A stretch of DNA of 64,000 nt, from NCBI RefSeq assembly GCF_006345805.1, contig NC_042998.1, forward strand, positions 106,206,001 through 106,270,000, in the 5' to 3' direction. The notes beneath the pieces are model-generated. The model worked only from the letters and a program-made list of their open reading frames with translations, did not search any database and was not told where the DNA came from. The position numbers were made by a program, and so were the translations under genes. Shown here one piece after another: positions 24,341 through 37,329 of the stretch. The stretch's first letter is position 1. Every line of letters starts with the position of its first letter. This stretch comes from Octopus sinensis. Taxonomy: Eukaryota.

Positions 24341-25649
24341 AATTAATGTAAGTAGGATCATCATCTTCATCATCATCGTTTAACGTCCGCCTTCCATGCT
24401 TGCATGGGAGGGATGAATACAAATAATAATTAGAACACTAGATGTGGTTTTTTATAAAAATAGATTTGGTCAAAAACATCCAAACCATTTAAGTGTTTGT
24501 AATATTGGTTTCAAATTTTGGCACAAGGCCAGCAAGTTCAGAGTAGGTCATTTATATTGACCCTAGTACTTGGCTGGTACTTATTTTAACAACTCCGAAA
24601 GGATGAACAATCACATGGTTCCGGGCTCAGTCTCACTGCATGGCACCTTGGGCAAGTGTCTTTTACTATAGCCTCGGGCCAACAGCTGAATTTGAACCAG
24701 GAACATATTGACAGACATAATGCCACTAAGTGCTTTGTGCAGGATGTTAATGACTCTGCCAACTTGTCACATTCCCAGTGCTCATAATATTGCACACAGT
24801 CCAAATGATCATTTTGCCTCATACAGCTTCATCCTATGCAAAACACTTTCAGTTTAACAGCACATCTTAAACCAAACACCCTCGGTACACAACACATATC
24901 CCATAAAATTACCACCCAATAAAATAGCAATTTACAAAAGATATATTCTACAGAATTATCAGTAAACACTACAATCAACGCCCAATAAAGTAACACAACA
25001 CATACTCTGATATAATCGATACCCAACACTATAATACCCAACAGCTCACATTCTGTTCAGTCACCACTCATTCATACAACACAGCCCACACAGGCAGATT
25101 CTACACAATCAATATCCTGTGCTAAGAAACATACCATTAATCACATTTAAGAAATAAAACTGCCCCCTTGTCCAACAAAAGCTCTCTGAAATTGCTTTCA
25201 CAAAAACATTAGAACTCATCTTACCTCAAAAGTCTTGATTTCATATAACATAAATGCATTGTATATCTGAATTATTTTAAGGAAAATATGGTTTCAGATG
25301 TTGATAATAGAGTTAACAATCCAATATGTGCCAAAACACTTTTATAGACAAAGCCATTTCAATATATTGATAGATGTATCAATACCCTTCTGTGTATGTA
25401 TGTGTGTGTGTGTGTCTATGTCTGTGTACATATGTGTGTATATGTATACAAATGTATGTGTATATATGTTTGTGTGTGTGTCTGTATATATATATATATA
25501 TATATATAATTTTTTTTTCATAGGTGCAGGCATGGTTGTGTAGTAAGAAACTTGCTTCTCAACCACATGGTTCTGGGTTCAGTCTCACTGCATGGCACTT
25601 TGGGCAAACCAAAGCCTTGTGAGTGGAAACTGAAAGAAAGCCTGTCGTG

Positions 25650-25686
<37 letters not shown>

Positions 25687-26279
25687 TGTGTGTGTGTGTA
25701 TATGTCACTTGACAACTGATGTTGGTGGCTTTACATCTCTGTAACTTAGTGTTTTGGCAAAAGAGACTAGGCTTACAAAGAATAAGTCCTGTGGTCAATT
25801 TCTATGACTAAAACCCATTAAGGTGGTGCTCCAACATGACCACAGCCAAATGACAGAAACGTGTAAAAGAATATATATACATGTATGTATGTATGCATGC
25901 ATGTGATGTATGTATATTTGTGTGTGTCTATGTGCAAGGTCTGATCAAACAGTATCAGAATTGTTGCTATGATAAAAGAGCTAAAGTATGCAGAGGGAAG
26001 TGGCTTGGTACACACTGACCTTGAACTCTGTCTTGCATGCACACTAAGTTATTTTGTTCTCACTTCCATTGTACAAAGAAGTGCCAATTGCTTGAAGTTG
26101 TTGGAACTTGTAGAAGAATGTGATCAAGGAAGACATGGGACAAAATAGTGAAGGCTGATCACAAGATGTTAAGCCTCACATGGGAGATGACAAAGAACCT
26201 AAATGATTGACAATTTGTTTTGCTGGAGAAGACCCATCTACTTCAATGAAAGGAAGTTCCTGAAATGCATTTATATTTA

Positions 26280-27240
26280 TATCTATTTATTCACAGAGCC
26301 TTACTCCTGCACTCCGTCTTTCCCTGTTAAGTCTTCTCCTACTTCCATCTTTCTAACACCTCTCTTCTAACTATTGATCTGCTATAATCATATGACAACA
26401 AAATCTGCACATATTTCATCCTGCTTCATGTTACCAATTACCTCACTCACTCTCTCTGGAACCACTTTCATTTAAAATCCATCCTTCATTCTCAATATCA
26501 TTCCAAACTTTTTTATCTCTAGTGATCACTCCTTTTTGTGCATCCATTTATCTCTTCCTCTCCTCTGAGCTACTTCGTATGACTGCCATACCTCATCGTT
26601 AACACCTCTGTCTGCTATCATTCTCATCACCATTACATATTTGCTGTCAACAGCCCACCACTAACCCGCTCACTATAGTGACGTCCCTCATATCTCAGAC
26701 ATGCATCGCTGTCATTGTACATCTCTCTCCCTCTCTCTCACCCCCTCTCTCGCCACTCTCCTACCCTGAACATCGTCTCCCTATTTTCTGATTTATCTAC
26801 AGGTTTACACCCTTCCTCTACTGCTACTTATCACCTCCTCCATCCCCTACTGATATTTATTGTGGACCACATCTCAGTCTTTTCTTAATTCTCTACATTC
26901 ACCTCTACATCCATCTCTAACAATTTCTTACTCTCCTCTCTCACCTTAATGAACTTATCCACACACCCTTCCTAATTCTTTGTCCATATACTCTTTTCAA
27001 CTCACTTCCTTGTATCTTGAGAGGTCATCTGACACCTCATCACCACAATCACTGTCCCCTTTCCAACTACTCTCACCCACCTTATATAATGCAGGGCTGC
27101 CATTATCTCCTCTATAACAAGACACCTGTGTCTGTCCCTCTATCATACTTAAGCCTCTCAACATTTAATATAAAGCCACCTACCTCTCTCCTACAATACT
27201 ACTTAGCCAAGGGTTCTTTATCTGTATTTGTCAGCCACGC
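26280..27240. repeat. Long pyrimidine-rich (C/T) low-complexity tract
   Basis: About 1 kb strongly depleted in G on the + strand, with ctctct/cctcct runs. Confidence 0.75.
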
Positions 27241-27409
27241 CTGTGTTGATGTTGCATCCCCTATTTTGATGCAGTTATCCAGCTCACTGGATCCTGTCAA
27301 ACCATCTAATCCATGCTTGCATAGAAGACAGATATCATATGTTCCCCTCTGAGGCCCAAGTCTGGGGGCTGGGTTGTTTATGGATGACCAACAGTCATCA
27401 GAGACAATG

Positions 27410-27469
27410 TGAGATGGTTACATAGAGAGAAATAGTAGAGTTACTATTTCTCTCTATATAACCATCTCA
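27410..27469. repeat. Near-perfect palindrome (27 of 28 bp stem, 4-nt loop)
   Basis: tgagatggtta-c-atagagagaaatagta [gagt] tactatttctctctat-a-taaccatctca. Confidence 0.95.
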
Positions 27470-27820
27470 AATGAGTCTCCCCTCTCCATGCCACCAATGT
27501 TGTTCAAGGGAAAGGCAAATGCTGATACAGCTTGGTACTAGTGATTTTGCAACTCATTTCTACAGCTGAGTGAACTGGAGCAATGTGAAATAAAGTCTCT
27601 TGCTCAAGAACACAACACAGTCTGGTCCAGGAATCAAACCCAAAACCTCACAACTGTAATACAAACTTTTGCCCACTTCAAGATAACTTGCTAGCTTCAC
27701 AACATTCCCAACTAAAGGACATAACTCCTAGGCAAGTCCCCTCAACCATTTTTCATTTCATCACCTTTTCATAATAGATGCCAACTGGTTGTGCTAATCC
27801 ACCTCTGGCATTTGAGAGCA

Positions 27821-28129
27821 GTGGAGGCACATGGCCTAGTGGTTAGAGCAGCAGACTCACGGTCAAGGGATCGCGGGTTCGAATCTCAGACTGGACGATG
27901 TGTGTGTTTATGAGCGAAATATCTAAGCTCCACGAAGCTCCGGCAGAAGTTAATGGCGAAACTTCTGCTGACTCCTTCGCCACAACTTTCTCTCACTCTT
28001 TCCTCCTGCATCATGCAGCTCACCTGTGATGGACCGGCGTCCTGTCCAGGCTGGGAGCCTATACGCCAAGAAACAGGGAAACCAGCCCTTATGAGCCAGG
28101 CATGGCTCGAGAAGGAACAACAACAACAA
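27821..28129 (+). mobile_element. tRNA-derived SINE with (AAC)n tail and 12-bp TSD
   Basis: A box tggcctagtgg, B box ggttcgaatc; TSD catttgagagca at 27809-27820 and 28130-28141. Confidence 0.92.
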
Positions 28130-28766
28130 CATTTGAGAGCACTCACCATATTCTCTTCCATGTTGGCTACCTCTGATGAGCATATTTATATAATTGGTTT
28201 GTTATCTAACACTCCATTGTACTTTTTGCATGAAACCAATTGGTAAGACCAGCTGTAATGAATACTTAATACTATAAAATTCAGATAATGTATACATATA
28301 TATTGTTTTATTCTTTCATTTGTTTCAGTCATTTTGACTGCAGCCACATTAGAGCCCCACCTTAAAAGCCTTTTATTCAAATCAGTTGACCCCAGGACTT
28401 TGTAAGCCTAGTGCTTATTTTATTGGTTCCTTTTGCTGAACCACTAAGTTATGGGGACGTAAACACACCAGCATCAGCTGCCAACCAATGATGGGTGGGA
28501 CAAAAACAGATACAAAGACACAGACATTCATATATATATACACACACACACACACATATATGTATATATATATTCTTTTATTCTTTTACTTGTTTCAGTC
28601 ATTTTGACTGCAGCCATGCTGGAGCATCGCTTTTAGTTGAGCAAATCGATCCCAAGACTTATTCTGTGTAGGCTTAGTACTTATTCTATCGGTCTCTTTT
28701 GCTGAACCACTAAGTTACAGGGACGTAAACACACCAGCATCGGTTGTCAAGCAATGTTGGGACACG

Positions 28767-28822
<56 letters not shown>

Positions 28823-28983
28823 TATATATGATGGGCTTCTTTCAGTTTCCATCTACTAAATCCATCACAAGGCTTTGGTTGGCCCGAAGCTATAGTAGAA
28901 GACACTTGCCCAAGGTGCCACTCAGTGGGACTGAACTCAGAACCATCTGATTGGTAAGCAAGCTACTTACCACACAGGAGTTT

Positions 28984-29080
28984 AGAGAAATAGTAACTCT
29001 ACTATTTCTCTCTATGTAACCATCTCACATCGTCTCTGATGAAGAGATATCTCTAATACCCTCAAAACAGCTGTAAGACT
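28984..29080 (+). mobile_element. Penelope-like terminus with hammerhead relic; inverted copy of 27397-27455
   Basis: 59 nt reverse-complementary to 27397-27455 with one mismatch, running into gtct-CTGATGAa-gag..ctc-AAAAC-agct-GTA-agac. Confidence 0.65.
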
Positions 29081-30317
29081 AAATTCCTCTTTATAAATGT
29101 CCTGCAAATTCCACACAGCCTTGGCTTTGTTGTCTCATTTTATTTAACATATAGATGTGTCGGTGGCACATAAAAAGAACCCACTACACTCACGGAGTGG
29201 TTGGCGTTAGGAAGGGCATCCAGCTGTAGAAACTCTGCCAGATCTGACTGGCCTGGTGCAGCCTTCGGGCTTCCCAGACCCCAGTTGAACCGTCCAACCC
29301 ATGCTAGCATGGAAAGCGGACGTTAAACGATGATGATGATGATGATGCTCATACAAGACCCACATTAGACTTCTCACTGGTATTATTATTGAACCGAGAG
29401 TTTAACTTCGGTCCTTCCATAGCACTTACATAGCCTTACTTGCCACCTTAGGTCTTCTGGATACCAATACCTCTCATATATGTATATACCTATATATATA
29501 TGTGTATATACATACATACATGTGTGTATATATATATATATATATATGTATGTTTGTATATATATGTGCGTGTATGTATGTATGTAAGCTTGTATATATG
29601 TTTTTCTTAAGATCAAAGAGGGAAAATTATGCCATAATAATAAAGATATTGATAAAATATTTAATGTTTTCAAGTTCATTGCATTCAAGTTTCAGCATAA
29701 TTAACTAAAAGAAAACGTGTTTGGCACCTTTTTATTTTCTATTTAAATGTTTGTATTTGTATAAATGGATATACATAATCTGTCTTCATTTTATGATACA
29801 AATTTCTCATCAATGAAGAAAGAGATAGTTTCTAGAATCAAGACTCTTTCATTGGAATTTAGACTGCATCAACAGAGTACATATATGTATGTTTGTATTC
29901 AAATACATTTGTATGCATGCATGTACACATGTATACACATAAGCTTGTATGTATGTAAGTGTGCATTTACACAAGTGAAAACATGAATTTCATTGCATAT
30001 GTGAAGCTTATTACATACTGAAATTCACAAATGTTTTACATACCTTTGATAGCTTGTAAGCATAATCTTTTGATGCGGCATGCTCTTTCTGGTTTTGTGA
30101 TTCCCAGCTTCTCAAGATTGCTACAGAGACACTATAACTCACAAAGCCAATTGCTCCAATAATATCACAACATAGTGTTTTAGAAACATCTTTATTTCTT
30201 TTATTGATCAAGCATGTTCTTCTAGGTGAAATGTGATATAATTATCACTAGTTTGGGAGTACGTATGTATGCATAACTTTCTGCTAATGTGGTGTTGAAG
30301 TAAGTTAACCTGATTAC

Positions 30318-30447
30318 CCTAGGTTCTTGGGGAAAAATCGGTCGCAAAAGTATCTGGTTAGGCATTCTTCAACTATTTTCATAGCTTTTAGATAGTCTGC
30401 TATATCAAACCAATTGATGATTTGTGAATTCATTATCCACTTTGGAT
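30318..30447 (-). CDS. Candidate host exon (130 nt), product unknown
   Basis: atatctttag|AT CCA AAG..AAC CTA GG|gtaatc; open frame PKWIMNSQIINWFDIADYLKAMKIVEECLTRYFCDRFFPKNL in non-repetitive DNA; no homology recognised. Confidence 0.3.
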
Positions 30448-30896
30448 CTAAAGATATTGTTCAATTGTCCAAAATTTTCTCTGAGTTTGTTGATATTTCT
30501 TCAGAGGGAGGCAAGAATTTTCACTGCATGTTCTCATCTCATTCAACCATTGTTTTCTCATCAGTTGCCAAATTGTAAATGCAACACAATACTGTAAGAT
30601 ATCCAATGTCCAAAAGTTGGGAATTTCAGTTCTGCAATTTAATCAACCACAGGTAACATCAAGTTAGAAAGTTTCTATTGTGGTTTGGTGAAGTAAATCT
30701 TTTATCTTTCCCTTGTCTCAGTCATTACACTGTGGCCATGCCTTGAAGAATTATGTAATTGAATGAATCGACCCCAGTACTTATTTATTTTTTTAAAGCC
30801 TGATGCTTATTCTATAGGTCTCTTTGATCAAACCACTATGTTACAGGGATGTAAACACACCAATACTGGTTGTCAAGCAGTGGTGGAGGACAAACA

Positions 30897-30965
30897 GACA
30901 CACACATGTGCATACACACATGTGCATACACACATGTGCATACACACATGTGCATACACACATGT
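30897..30965. repeat. 14-bp minisatellite (acacacatgtgcat)n
   Basis: About 4.5 perfect copies, inside a SINE microsatellite. Confidence 0.9.
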
Positions 30966-33900
30966 ATGAATGCACACATGCATATGCACGCACACATACA
31001 CACACATACCACACACACACATACTACACACACCCACAATAGGCTTCTTTAAGTTTCTGTCTACCAAATCCACTTACAAGGCTATGGTCAGCTTGAGGCT
31101 ATAGTAGAAGACACTTATCCAAGATGCCATCCTGTGGAACTTAACCCAGAACAGTGTGGTTGGGAAACAAGTTTCTTACCACATAGCTATAGTAAAGTTT
31201 CCTTTGAATCTCTCTGTGAGCTGTCTTCTGCATTGTTTAGAGACTCATCACTTATTTTGGTTTGTTAATAAATGACTATTGCATACTTGTGTTATAGCAG
31301 TCATGTCTCTGTGTTATAGATTTGGTTTTCGCTTTAGTTGTCGTTGATGTTCTTTGCAGTTTCCTTGGGGGAAATCTGGTCTGTTCACACTCTTGTTAAC
31401 AGAAGCAATATTTCTTCTCAATATATATTGCTTTCTAGTGTAATTGCTTTACATTGAGATGCTGTGGCATAGTACAGGTTTTGAATTCCTCGGGGCAAAG
31501 GCAGTTTTGGTGTCTCCACTTTACTTAATAGGTATGATATAAGGAAGAGGAAGTTTTGTGCTCCTTCACATCTATGCCCAGTGGCAACTGCTTTGCTTAT
31601 TCCTTTCTTGCTACACCTTCACTGAAATATTGGTGTTTGGAATATTTTACATCTCAACAGTTCTTCCTCCATGTAACCAACTGAAGGATCTTCCCTAACC
31701 TTTTTTGTGGAAAGTCTACCAAAGATTCTCACATTGGTTCCATTACTTCCGATATCTAGTCTCCAGTTTCCATAGTAAACCTGGTGTTAAGTTTCTGTCT
31801 ATTTTTCTTGTTTACTTACAGCTTATGATCTTATCTAAAATTACAGTTCATGATCTTATTTAAAAAGATATTTTTTAGCATAGATCTGAAGATTACTGAT
31901 ATTTTCACTAAGCTTGTATTTAAAGCAAAAATTTTAGAGGGCAGTATTCATTACCAGCAAACAGAATAGCTTCCTTGATCTAATGTGGCTGAAGTTAGTT
32001 CCAGGTATGTGTATAATACTGTTAAAGACGCATATCACCATATATCTAGGAGAAGGAAAACACTGATGTAAGAACTGGACTTTATGGCTGCCAATGATGT
32101 TGACTTTTGCGGGTATCATTGTTGCTCAGAGAGTGTGATGGGTTGTGTGTGCAAGGCCTCTCTTCACTTTAAAAAGTATTATGTATGAGCATCACTTGAC
32201 ATACCAACGTACTCAAGAACGAGGAAGCAACCATCATACAAGTATGTATAAATGTATGTCTGTATGCATATATAAATTTATGTGTGCATACATTCATTTA
32301 TGTGTGCATATGTGCGTGTGTGGGTGGGTGGGTGTGCGTGTGTATGTGTGTATATGTCTGAATGTAGGTGCATGTATATATGTATGAATGCATGTATTTC
32401 TGTATGAATTCTTGCATGTATACATTTATAAACATGTATTTATGTATGTATGTATGTGTGTATGTATGTATGTACTTAGGTGTGTGTATATACTCGTGTG
32501 TATATATATAAGCTCATTCATGCATGTATTTATGTGTGCACGCATGTATCTATGTACATATGCATTCGTGTATCTACATTTTAAGTGCAGATCTTTCACC
32601 AACATATAAAGGTCAAATTAAGAGATGAGCAGTGGTACTTTTTGTTGTCTGCTGTTTCTGTTCTTGTTACTATTGTTGTCACTTTTTTTTTTGTTCATAC
32701 ATTCTTCTTAGTTTCATAAATGTCAGAGAACTGTTATTTCCACTATTAGTTACATAATCACAAGCAGTCACAGTAGAAATACGCTATGATTTAATTCTAC
32801 AGCTGACCTTACTTACCATATTCCATTGAAATGGTAATTTGGAATAGGCAAACTAAGAATTGCTTCTGGTTTCTAAGTGTTAATATGATTAGGTGCATGT
32901 TTGTCATTATGCATGTGTATTCATGGGAAAACCGGAAGACATTTTGTTCTGTCTTAGGTTATGCTGGAAAATGTAAGTACATGATCTTCACCATTACTGT
33001 TATTTCTTTCTTCTAAGGTGGCAAGCTGGCAGAATCATTAGCACACTGGGCGAAATGCTTAATGGTATTTCATCCACTGCTATGTTCTGAGTTCAAATTC
33101 TGAGCTCAAAATTTCAAGGCCTTCTGCCTTCAGTAGAAAGGATTATTTCTTTCCACTGTAAGGCAGCAAGCTGGTAGAATCACTACCATTTCTTCCATCT
33201 TCACATCCTGAGTTCAAATTCTGCCTGGGTTGCCTTTCATCCTTTTCAGGTTGATAAAATGAGTTCCAGGGGTCATTCTAATCAACTTACGCCTTCCTCC
33301 AAAATTGCCAGCCTTGTGCCAAAATTTGAAACCAATATTTCTTTCTACTGTAAGGCATCCACCTGGGAGAACCATTAGTACAGTGGTCAAAATTCTTAAT
33401 GGCATTTCATCCATCTTTGTGTACATTCTGAGTTCAAATTCCAATGGGTGCTAAAGATTCTGCCAACTTACTGCCTTTAACATTACTAATATTACAGTTT
33501 TTCATACATGGCTATGTGGTAAGAAGCCTGCTCTCCAGCCACATGGTTCCGGGTTCAGTCCCATTGCATGGCACCTTGGGCAAGTGTCTTCTCCTATAGC
33601 CTTGGGCCAACCAAAGCCTTGTGAGTGGATTTGATAGATGAAAACTGAAAGAAGCCTGTCATGTATATATATGTATATATATGTGTGTGTGTGTGTACAT
33701 ATATATATATGTATATATGTGTGTGTATGTATGTATATATATATATATTATATATATATATTATATATATATATATATATATGTATATATGTGTGTGTAT
33801 GTACGTATATATATACATGGTTTCGGGTTCAGTCCCACTGCGTGGCACTTTGGGTAGGTGTCTTCTGCTATAGCCCCGAGCCGACCGAAGCTTTGTGATT

Positions 33901-36900
33901 GAATTCAGCAGGCGGAAGTTACTGCCGTGTGTGTATATGTACGTGTAGGTGCTTGTGCCTCTCCCAAAGAGAGAGAGGGTATATATGTGTGTGTATGTAC
34001 GTATATATATATATATATATATATGTGTATATATGTGTGTGTATGTATGTATATATATATATATGTATATATATGTGTGTGTGTATGTACGTATATATAT
34101 ATTTGTGTGTGCATCTGTTTTTGTCCCCCCATCACAACTGATGTTGGTGTGTTTATGTCCCCAAAACTTAGCGGTTTGGCAAAATAGACCGATAGAATAA
34201 GTACTAGACTTACAAAGAATAAGTCCTGGGAATGATTTGCTCAACTAAAGGCAGTGCTCCAGCATGGCTGATGTCAAATGTCTGAAACAAGTAAAAGAGT
34301 AAAAGAGTAACCATTTTGAAGCCAGAAACAGCAGCCAAATTTCCAACAAATAACACATAGATGCATGCAGTCTAGATAATACGTAGTCTTGAATATATTG
34401 TCTTAGTTTGCTCAAGCTGTATTCCTAGTTTATTGGGTAATTCAAACTTGATTCTCATTTATATTCTCAATATGGTGGGAATTGACAAACTTAATGTTAA
34501 AATCCAGTCAAATGAAAACCAGATTGGTCAGAATAAAAAAGTCATCAATACAGAATTACAGATGTTTGTATGACATGAAGTCATATTCTTGATGAAAGTG
34601 ATAATGATTTGTCTCAAAGGAGGGGTGGGGTCTCAGTCAGATGATGGTTTTTGTGGTGCCATATTGGTATTAGATTCTTGGATTGCCAATTCCAGACAAT
34701 ATCCTCAATTTTAGGTGTCTCAGTTCCAAAGTTTTCAATCAATGTCTTTTTATTTGTTGCATGCATTTTTATGTGTTCTGGATATGGTGCTTAGTTGTAG
34801 ATGTTGGTTGTCATCCCCATGTTGATTGAGTTAAATAAAGACAAGATGATCGTGTGTTGAAAACCTTTGATCATATATCTACTTGATTAGTATTGATTTA
34901 GGGTTCAACAACAACTACAACAACCATTTTGGAGATAATCAAAAGTATGAAAGTTTATAAAACTCTTGTGACTTTTAACTAATCAGTTCTAACATAATTT
35001 CAAATAAAATCCTTCAATTTATATATATATATATATATATAATTCTGTAATAAACTTCTTTGCACATCACTGATATTTATTCAAATTCCAACATTTATAT
35101 TCCTCTAATGAGATGCTTTTCTAATTAGTGTTAAATGCCTTCAGGATATTCATTCCTTAGAGAATTATACCAAAAATAGCCAAAACAAAATATACTTCAA
35201 TTCAAATTACTAGATACAATAACTGCCAATGTGACAGAGTAATCTTTTGACCTTTAAGAGCATCACTTGTACATTTTCAATCCCAAAGCTGGAAACAAAA
35301 GCAAAAATTCTCTTAAAATTATTGAGGAGACTGTGTCCATATGAAGTGTCACCAAAACTAACAATCTAGGTTATTATTTAGATATTTCATTTATCTTGAG
35401 ATGTGAGAATTTTTTCTCAATTTTTTAAGGTCATTTGAGGCTTTGAAATTGTAGTCATTATTACCACTTTAATATTCCAGTACTGTTTGGCTATTATTGA
35501 ATTTTGAAAAACTACCTCAAACAAAAGAACATGAATTGTTTTTTGCATTACTGATATTTGTTTAAATACATATATTTGCACCCAACTTGAATGATATCTT
35601 TCTGATTATTGTCTCAAACCATCCAGTTCTTAACACGTTAGCATTCAGATTACTCTGTCAAAAGCAATGCTTATTTATTCAATTTTTAGAGAATTAATCA
35701 TGTATTAGCTTGTAGCTTCAAAATTTCAAAGATGTGATTGAATGACATTGCAGGGTAAGTGTGAGAGGCTAAATCTGACCAGTCTGAACATAAAACAGGT
35801 AGAATATTTGAGCTAGATACAGTCAGTTTAAATGCTAAAGGGTTAGAGGATTAGACTAAAAATAGCCAAAATGAATTTTATTTTGTTCAAACAGGATCCA
35901 GGGATCCAGGCATATATATATATAATGCCAGAGCACAAGTACAACATCCTAAAAACACTATCTTTCTTACTTCACTTGTAGTGAGACCTAGAAACCTTAC
36001 AATCCTGATAGTTGGGTCCAGTCTACATTAGGGCTAGTAGATTTGCCTTGATTATCAACCAATCTGGGTGCAGCAATACCACACCTTATAAAACTTCCTT
36101 GGCATCAAGGAAAAGGCCTGCCAGGAATAGCTGCAAAGTTTTGAAACCACCACCAGAGAACACACAGCTTTACCTCTCACCCCAAGCAAGCCAGAGCACA
36201 GCCTAGTAAAGAAGAAAAAAACATTGAGTTTTCCTTTGCTTAATCCTCTATAGTTTCGAACCAACTCTTTCTGGCATCTGGAGCCTTGTTAGTTATTATT
36301 ATGTTCGATTCTCACATCTCTACGTTACACCAGCAACCATTGGAAATTTATATTCAGTTGTTCTCTCCTTCAATAAATCTTATGATAAAATATACAATTA
36401 CGTTTGCATCTGTTCATCATGTACACATAACACACAGGCCAATAATATATACTCAACAACAACAACATATTCATAACATCATACCAGCAACAATGGTGAC
36501 CTGCAATGTTAAAAGTGCAATTAGATATCTCTTAACAGAGCAACATGCTCATACAACATAAGACACACACATTCACATGCGCATGCATACACACACAGAA
36601 GCAGTTGTATCCTTAATAACCTTACTAACTCTAAATATTATACTAGAATGTACAGAGCAGCAATAGTCATATTCTAACCAAGTCTGCTTTCCCCTTCCTT
36701 CACAGTGACCACTGAACATACAGTAAAAAGAGGGAATAATGGTTTGTGTGCAATATATTCAGACTTGTTAAATAATGCCAACCACTCTGAGAGTGGTTGG
36801 CGTTAGGAAGGGCATCCAGCTGTAGAAACTCTGCCAGATCAGATTGGAGACAGGTGCAGTCATCTGGTTCACCAGTCCTCAGTCAAATCATCCAACCCAT

Positions 36901-37329
36901 GCCAGCATGAAAAGCAGATGTTAAACGATGATGATGATGTCGTGCTGCTTTTCATACTGCACATCTCTATATGTCAAAGTATGTAGTATTGTCTCTCTTT
37001 ATTGACTAAATCTTTAATGTGTATTCTGAAAGTTGTGGAGGATGTTGTATGTAACACTTCTGCTTTTAGCTGCTGAAATTTTCACAAATCACACCTTATT
37101 GTCATTAAAAAGTAGGTGTACATCAAAAGAAGTAATCTCAGACATCTATAAAAAGACATGATCATCATGATCGAGGCCTATGAGAGCTAGGTAGGTCCAG
37201 CTTGTATATTATTTCAGGGTCCTGGGAGTCATGGAAAAATCCACAAATATCATTAAGTTCTTCCTAAAAGAAAAGCTGATAGTGCCATTAGGTCTTGAGA
37301 GAACACTCTAGGGCCAGGTCAAAAAAGAG

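Noticed and set aside
27821-27895. tRNA gene
   Set aside because: A and B boxes are present, but there is no complete cloverleaf; it continues into a SINE body with tail and TSD.
32958-32972. 15-nt plus-strand micro-exon (ttag|GTTATGCTGGAAAAT|gtaagt)
   Set aside because: The splice signals are good, but such short matches are frequent in AT-rich DNA and it fits no chain.
34615-34790. Open minus-strand frame YPEHIKMHATNKK..NWQSKNLIPIW
   Set aside because: It is vaguely transposon-like, but has no diagnostic motif or splice support.
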